The notes below the pieces were generated by a model. It saw only the letters and a list, made by a program, of their open reading frames with translations. It was not told the DNA's origin and searched no databases. This document shows positions 61,151 to 64,000 of a DNA stretch of 64,000 nt, one piece after another. Within the stretch, counting starts at the first letter, position 1. Every line of letters starts with the position of its first letter. The position numbers and the translations under genes are program-made. The DNA is from Anaerolineales bacterium UBA1429 (GTDB lineage: Bacteria > Chloroflexota > Anaerolineae > UBA1429), in NCBI GenBank assembly GCA_002329325.1, contig DCTX01000078.1:4198-68197 (forward strand). The letters run 5' to 3'.

Positions 61151-62752
61151 CTACCGGCCGGGAGCGGCGGGCTTGCGCTCCACATGCAGCGTCTGTATCT
61201 TGGCCACGCCCGTCAGATAGGGCTGGGCGCGCTCCACCCGCAGGGTGTTGTGGCTGCGCCAGATCTCGGTTTGCATGCGCCCGGCGGGGCTGCGGCGGCT
61301 CAGCTCGTCCAGCACAAAGGCCACCACCTGGGCCTCGTCCAGGGCGCCCACCTCCGGCCGGATCACCAGCTTGACCTGGGTCTCGCCTCCCTGTTCGGTT
61401 TCCACGAACTGGTAATCGGTGGGGCCGCCGCCAAAGCGCGCCGGCAGGGCCACATCCAGCACGTCTATCAGGGCGCTCCCCAAGAAGCTCATCCCCGCCG
61501 AGGAGAGCTTTTCAAAGCTGCGGATGGTGTGCAGATGCTGATGCAGGCCGCCCTCATCCAGGGGGCAGCCGCAGCGCCGCTGGCACAGCGTGCCATAGTC
61601 GCCGTTTTCGACGTTCAGCAGCACCTTGCTGGCGCGCGGGGCGAATACCGTCAGCAGCAGGGCATCGATCGGCTCGGGCAGGCCCGGGTAGTGGCGCCGG
61701 GCGGTCGCCACGGCCAGGCGGTAGGTGAGCAGGTGCATGTCGTCGGCGGCCTCCGGTCGGCCGCAGGAGAAGCCCAGGGTGCCGGAATCCAGCATGCCGT
61801 AGGCCGAGATCACGCGCAGCCCGGCTTCGCGCAAGAGCGCCGCCTTGCTTTCCGTCAGCGGCTCCGAGCCCGTGCGCAGCGTGTGGCCCCCGATATCCAG
61901 CCCCAGGGCCTGGGCCGCCTTGACCAGCCGCACCCCCGAGTTGACCATGGTATCCACATGCAGGGCCACGCCCCTGGCCGTCTGCTCCGCCAGCCAGCGG
62001 GCGACGACCTCGGCGCGCTCCACGGGCACATACTCGGGCAGCGGGATCGGATGCCCCATCAGGCGCGAGACCAGGGCCGTGCTCCAGGTGAGATACACGC
62101 TCTTGCCCGAGGTCGGGCCGGGGCCGGGCCTGGTCTGGCTGAACCAGCGCAACATGGGCAACCCGGCCTTGAGGTTGAGCAGCACGATGCGCAAGCTGGC
62201 GAGGCTGGGGGGAGCGGGTCGCCACATGACAAAGGGCCGCCCCAGCAGGCCGTGGGCCTGCATGTGCAGCAGGCGCGGCGGGACCTCGTCCAGCAAGTCG
62301 GCCAGGTCCACGCTCAGGCGGGTGCCCTGGGAGCGGGTGCCCCCCGTGGCGCCCGCCAGGTGCTCCTTCCCCAGGGGGTTGTCGAAATCGGCGGCGGCTA
62401 CCTGGCGCTCGACGCTGCCGCGCCGGATGGGCGTATTGCCCTTGAACTCGTCCAGGGTGATATAGACGCCCGCCTCGTAGAGGCGCTGCAGCGTTCCTTC
62501 CACCCCGTGCCCTCGCACCAGGGCCTCGATGCCCTCTGCGTCGAGGCGCGCCGCCTGCAGCAGCGGCAGGTAGGGGCTGGCGGGGTTGGCCAGGATCGCC
62601 CGGTTGACGAGGGAGAGAAAGGCTTGCTGCCGGCGGGCCAGCGCCTGCCGCACCACCATCGCCGGATCCGCGAATTCGACGGGGGCGCGCCAATAGTCGC
62701 GCAGACCGGCTGTATAGCGTGCGCCGCGGCGCACATCGTCCCAGAGGGGCAT
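61151..62752 (-). CDS. Putative adenylate-forming enzyme (PaaK / coenzyme F390 synthetase-like)
   Basis: 533 aa. LAGATGGTRSQGT sits where PaaK-like enzymes carry the (S/T)GTTG P-loop. The size and C-terminal small domain are consistent. The assignment is tentative. Confidence 0.45.
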   Translation of the reverse strand: MPLWDDVRRGARYTAGLRDYWRAPVEFADPAMVVRQALARRQQAFLSLVNRAILANPASPYLPLLQAARLDAEGIEALVRGHGVEGTLQRLYEAGVYITLDEFKGNTPIRRGSVERQVAAADFDNPLGKEHLAGATGGTRSQGTRLSVDLADLLDEVPPRLLHMQAHGLLGRPFVMWRPAPPSLASLRIVLLNLKAGLPMLRWFSQTRPGPGPTSGKSVYLTWSTALVSRLMGHPIPLPEYVPVERAEVVARWLAEQTARGVALHVDTMVNSGVRLVKAAQALGLDIGGHTLRTGSEPLTESKAALLREAGLRVISAYGMLDSGTLGFSCGRPEAADDMHLLTYRLAVATARRHYPGLPEPIDALLLTVFAPRASKVLLNVENGDYGTLCQRRCGCPLDEGGLHQHLHTIRSFEKLSSAGMSFLGSALIDVLDVALPARFGGGPTDYQFVETEQGGETQVKLVIRPEVGALDEAQVVAFVLDELSRRSPAGRMQTEIWRSHNTLRVERAQPYLTGVAKIQTLHVERKPAAPGR

Positions 62753-62766
62753 GGCGTCGCCTCTCC

Positions 62767-64000
62767 CTATGTCACCATCAGCACGACGCTGATGCCGGTG
62801 ACGGCCATGAGCAGCAGGCCCGGCCAGAGGGCCCGGCGCAACCCGCGCGAGCCCATAGAAAGGACGATGCCGCCCTTGACGGCGGTGTTGGCGATGGCGG
62901 CCAGCATCAGGGCGCGGGCCGCCGCCCCCAGGCTCACCACGGCGCCGCCCACGCTCAGCTCGGCCATGGAGAGGGAGATGGCGTTCAGGTCCACCAGGCC
63001 CGCCGCCAGGCTGGAGAGGTACACGCCGGCCTCGCCCAGGCTCACCTGCGCGCCTTTGGAGACCACCAGGATCACGGCATACAGCGCGCCGAACTGGAGG
63101 GCAGGGCGCAGCTCAAAGGGGTTGGAGAACTCGACATCGCCGGTCTCGTCGGTGCGCTGCCGCGCATAGAGATAGCCGCAATAGGCCAGCCCCACCGCCG
63201 CCGAGGCCAGCATCGGCAACCAGAGCAGGTCGGCCAGCGCCGGGTTCAGCACCGCCACCACCGCCAGCACCCGCAGGAACATGGTCGTCCACGAGACGGT
63301 GATGGCCAGCGCCAGAGGATAGGCCAATCCTGCCTGATCGCGGCTGCGCTGGCTAAAGCTGAGGGTCACCGCCGTGCTGGAGACCAGCCCGCCCAGCAGG
63401 CCGCTCAACCCGATGCCGCGGCGCGGGCCCAAAGCCTTGATGAGCACGTACCCCAAAAAGCTGATGCCCGAGATGAATACCACCATCAGCCAGATGCGGT
63501 AGGGGTTCAGGACATCCAGCGGTTTGGGGCCATAGTTCACATTGGGCAGCACCGGCAGGATGATCAGGGTGATGACGGCGAACTTGAGCACCGCGAACAG
63601 GTCCTGGCGGGTGATGCGCGCGGCCAGGCCGTGCATCTCGACTTTGAGGGAGAGCAGCCAGGTGATGGCGACGGCCAGGGCGGCGGCCAACTCGTAGTGG
63701 GCGTGATAGCAGAGCACCCCAGCAAGGAGCGTGAGCACCGCCGCCATCTCGGTGGTCAGCCCCAGGCGGCCCAGGCGCGTATTGGCCTGGTAGGCGATGG
63801 CGATCAGCCCGCAGACCCCCAGGAGCATGGCCACCAGCGGCCATGGGCTGACAACCAGGTCGCTGATCAGGGCGGCGCCGGCGCCCGCCAGGGCCAGCAG
63901 GGGAAAGGTGCGCACGCCGGCAAAGAGCTTCTCGCGGCGCTCGCCCTGGTCGTGCTCGCGCTGCAGGCCCACCAGCAACCCGATGGCCAGCGCACTCCCG
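62767..64000 (-). CDS. MgtC/SapB-family membrane protein with DUF4010 (N-terminus beyond the right window edge)
   Basis: The frame stays open to the window end (…ALAIGLLVGLQREHDQ...). Polytopic, with VRTFPLLALAGA and GLLGGLVSSTAVTLS as recalled for MgtC+DUF4010 proteins. Confidence 0.75.
   Translation of the reverse strand, partial: GSALAIGLLVGLQREHDQGERREKLFAGVRTFPLLALAGAGAALISDLVVSPWPLVAMLLGVCGLIAIAYQANTRLGRLGLTTEMAAVLTLLAGVLCYHAHYELAAALAVAITWLLSLKVEMHGLAARITRQDLFAVLKFAVITLIILPVLPNVNYGPKPLDVLNPYRIWLMVVFISGISFLGYVLIKALGPRRGIGLSGLLGGLVSSTAVTLSFSQRSRDQAGLAYPLALAITVSWTTMFLRVLAVVAVLNPALADLLWLPMLASAAVGLAYCGYLYARQRTDETGDVEFSNPFELRPALQFGALYAVILVVSKGAQVSLGEAGVYLSSLAAGLVDLNAISLSMAELSVGGAVVSLGAAARALMLAAIANTAVKGGIVLSMGSRGLRRALWPGLLLMAVTGISVVLMVT

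Overview
GC-rich (mid-60s % by eye, not computed), gene-dense window with about 58 supportable CDS. I saw no rRNA, tRNA, CRISPR array, transposase or integrase. Gene content loosely suggests a Chloroflexota-like bacterium, but I cannot confirm that without a search. The ORF track accepts GTG/TTG as starts and reports the longest ORFs. Many long GC-driven antisense shadow ORFs had to be discarded, and several starts were moved inward to Shine-Dalgarno-supported codons. Those start coordinates are inferences.

Housekeeping blocks:
- pepA (partial), an M20 peptidase, hpf, an aminotransferase, the large helicase lhr and an RRM RNA-binding protein.
- acs plus an OFA-type MFS transporter.
- rdgB and a contiguous mreB-mreC-mreD-mrdA-minC-minD-rodA morphogenesis cluster with no minE.
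- gltX, ndk, rsfS and holA.

Accessory blocks:
- 3.3-6.2 kb: a lipoprotein plus two GT2 glycosyltransferases.
- 13.9-19.3 kb: a WYL regulator with a coiled-coil/Zn-ribbon partner, then a Cache-HAMP-GAF histidine kinase with a NarL-type regulator.
- 19.4-29.1 kb: a PA14 lipoprotein, an orphan ORF in a lower-GC islet, a C39-like peptidase, an HEMGH/IPT protein with a DUF4157-type N-terminal motif, a methyltransferase and a DUF4139 protein.
- 37.7-43.9 kb: the most unusual locus in the window.

In that locus a MalT-like STAND ATPase/TPR protein ends in a SARP-type DNA-binding module. An intrinsic terminator follows it. Next comes a promoter-like region with two CGTGAGT heptads spaced exactly 11 bp apart. 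Then come two tandem, translationally coupled paralogous micro-ORFs of 58 and 30 aa. They share a signal-peptide-like N-terminus, an APIPWS motif and a perfect 20-nt repeat. A DUF5317-like membrane protein and a 74-aa NHLP/Nif11-like protein follow, and a second terminator closes the unit. I propose this as a candidate uncharacterised peptide-signalling or minimal RiPP-like module. All family names come from motif recognition by eye, not from database searches.
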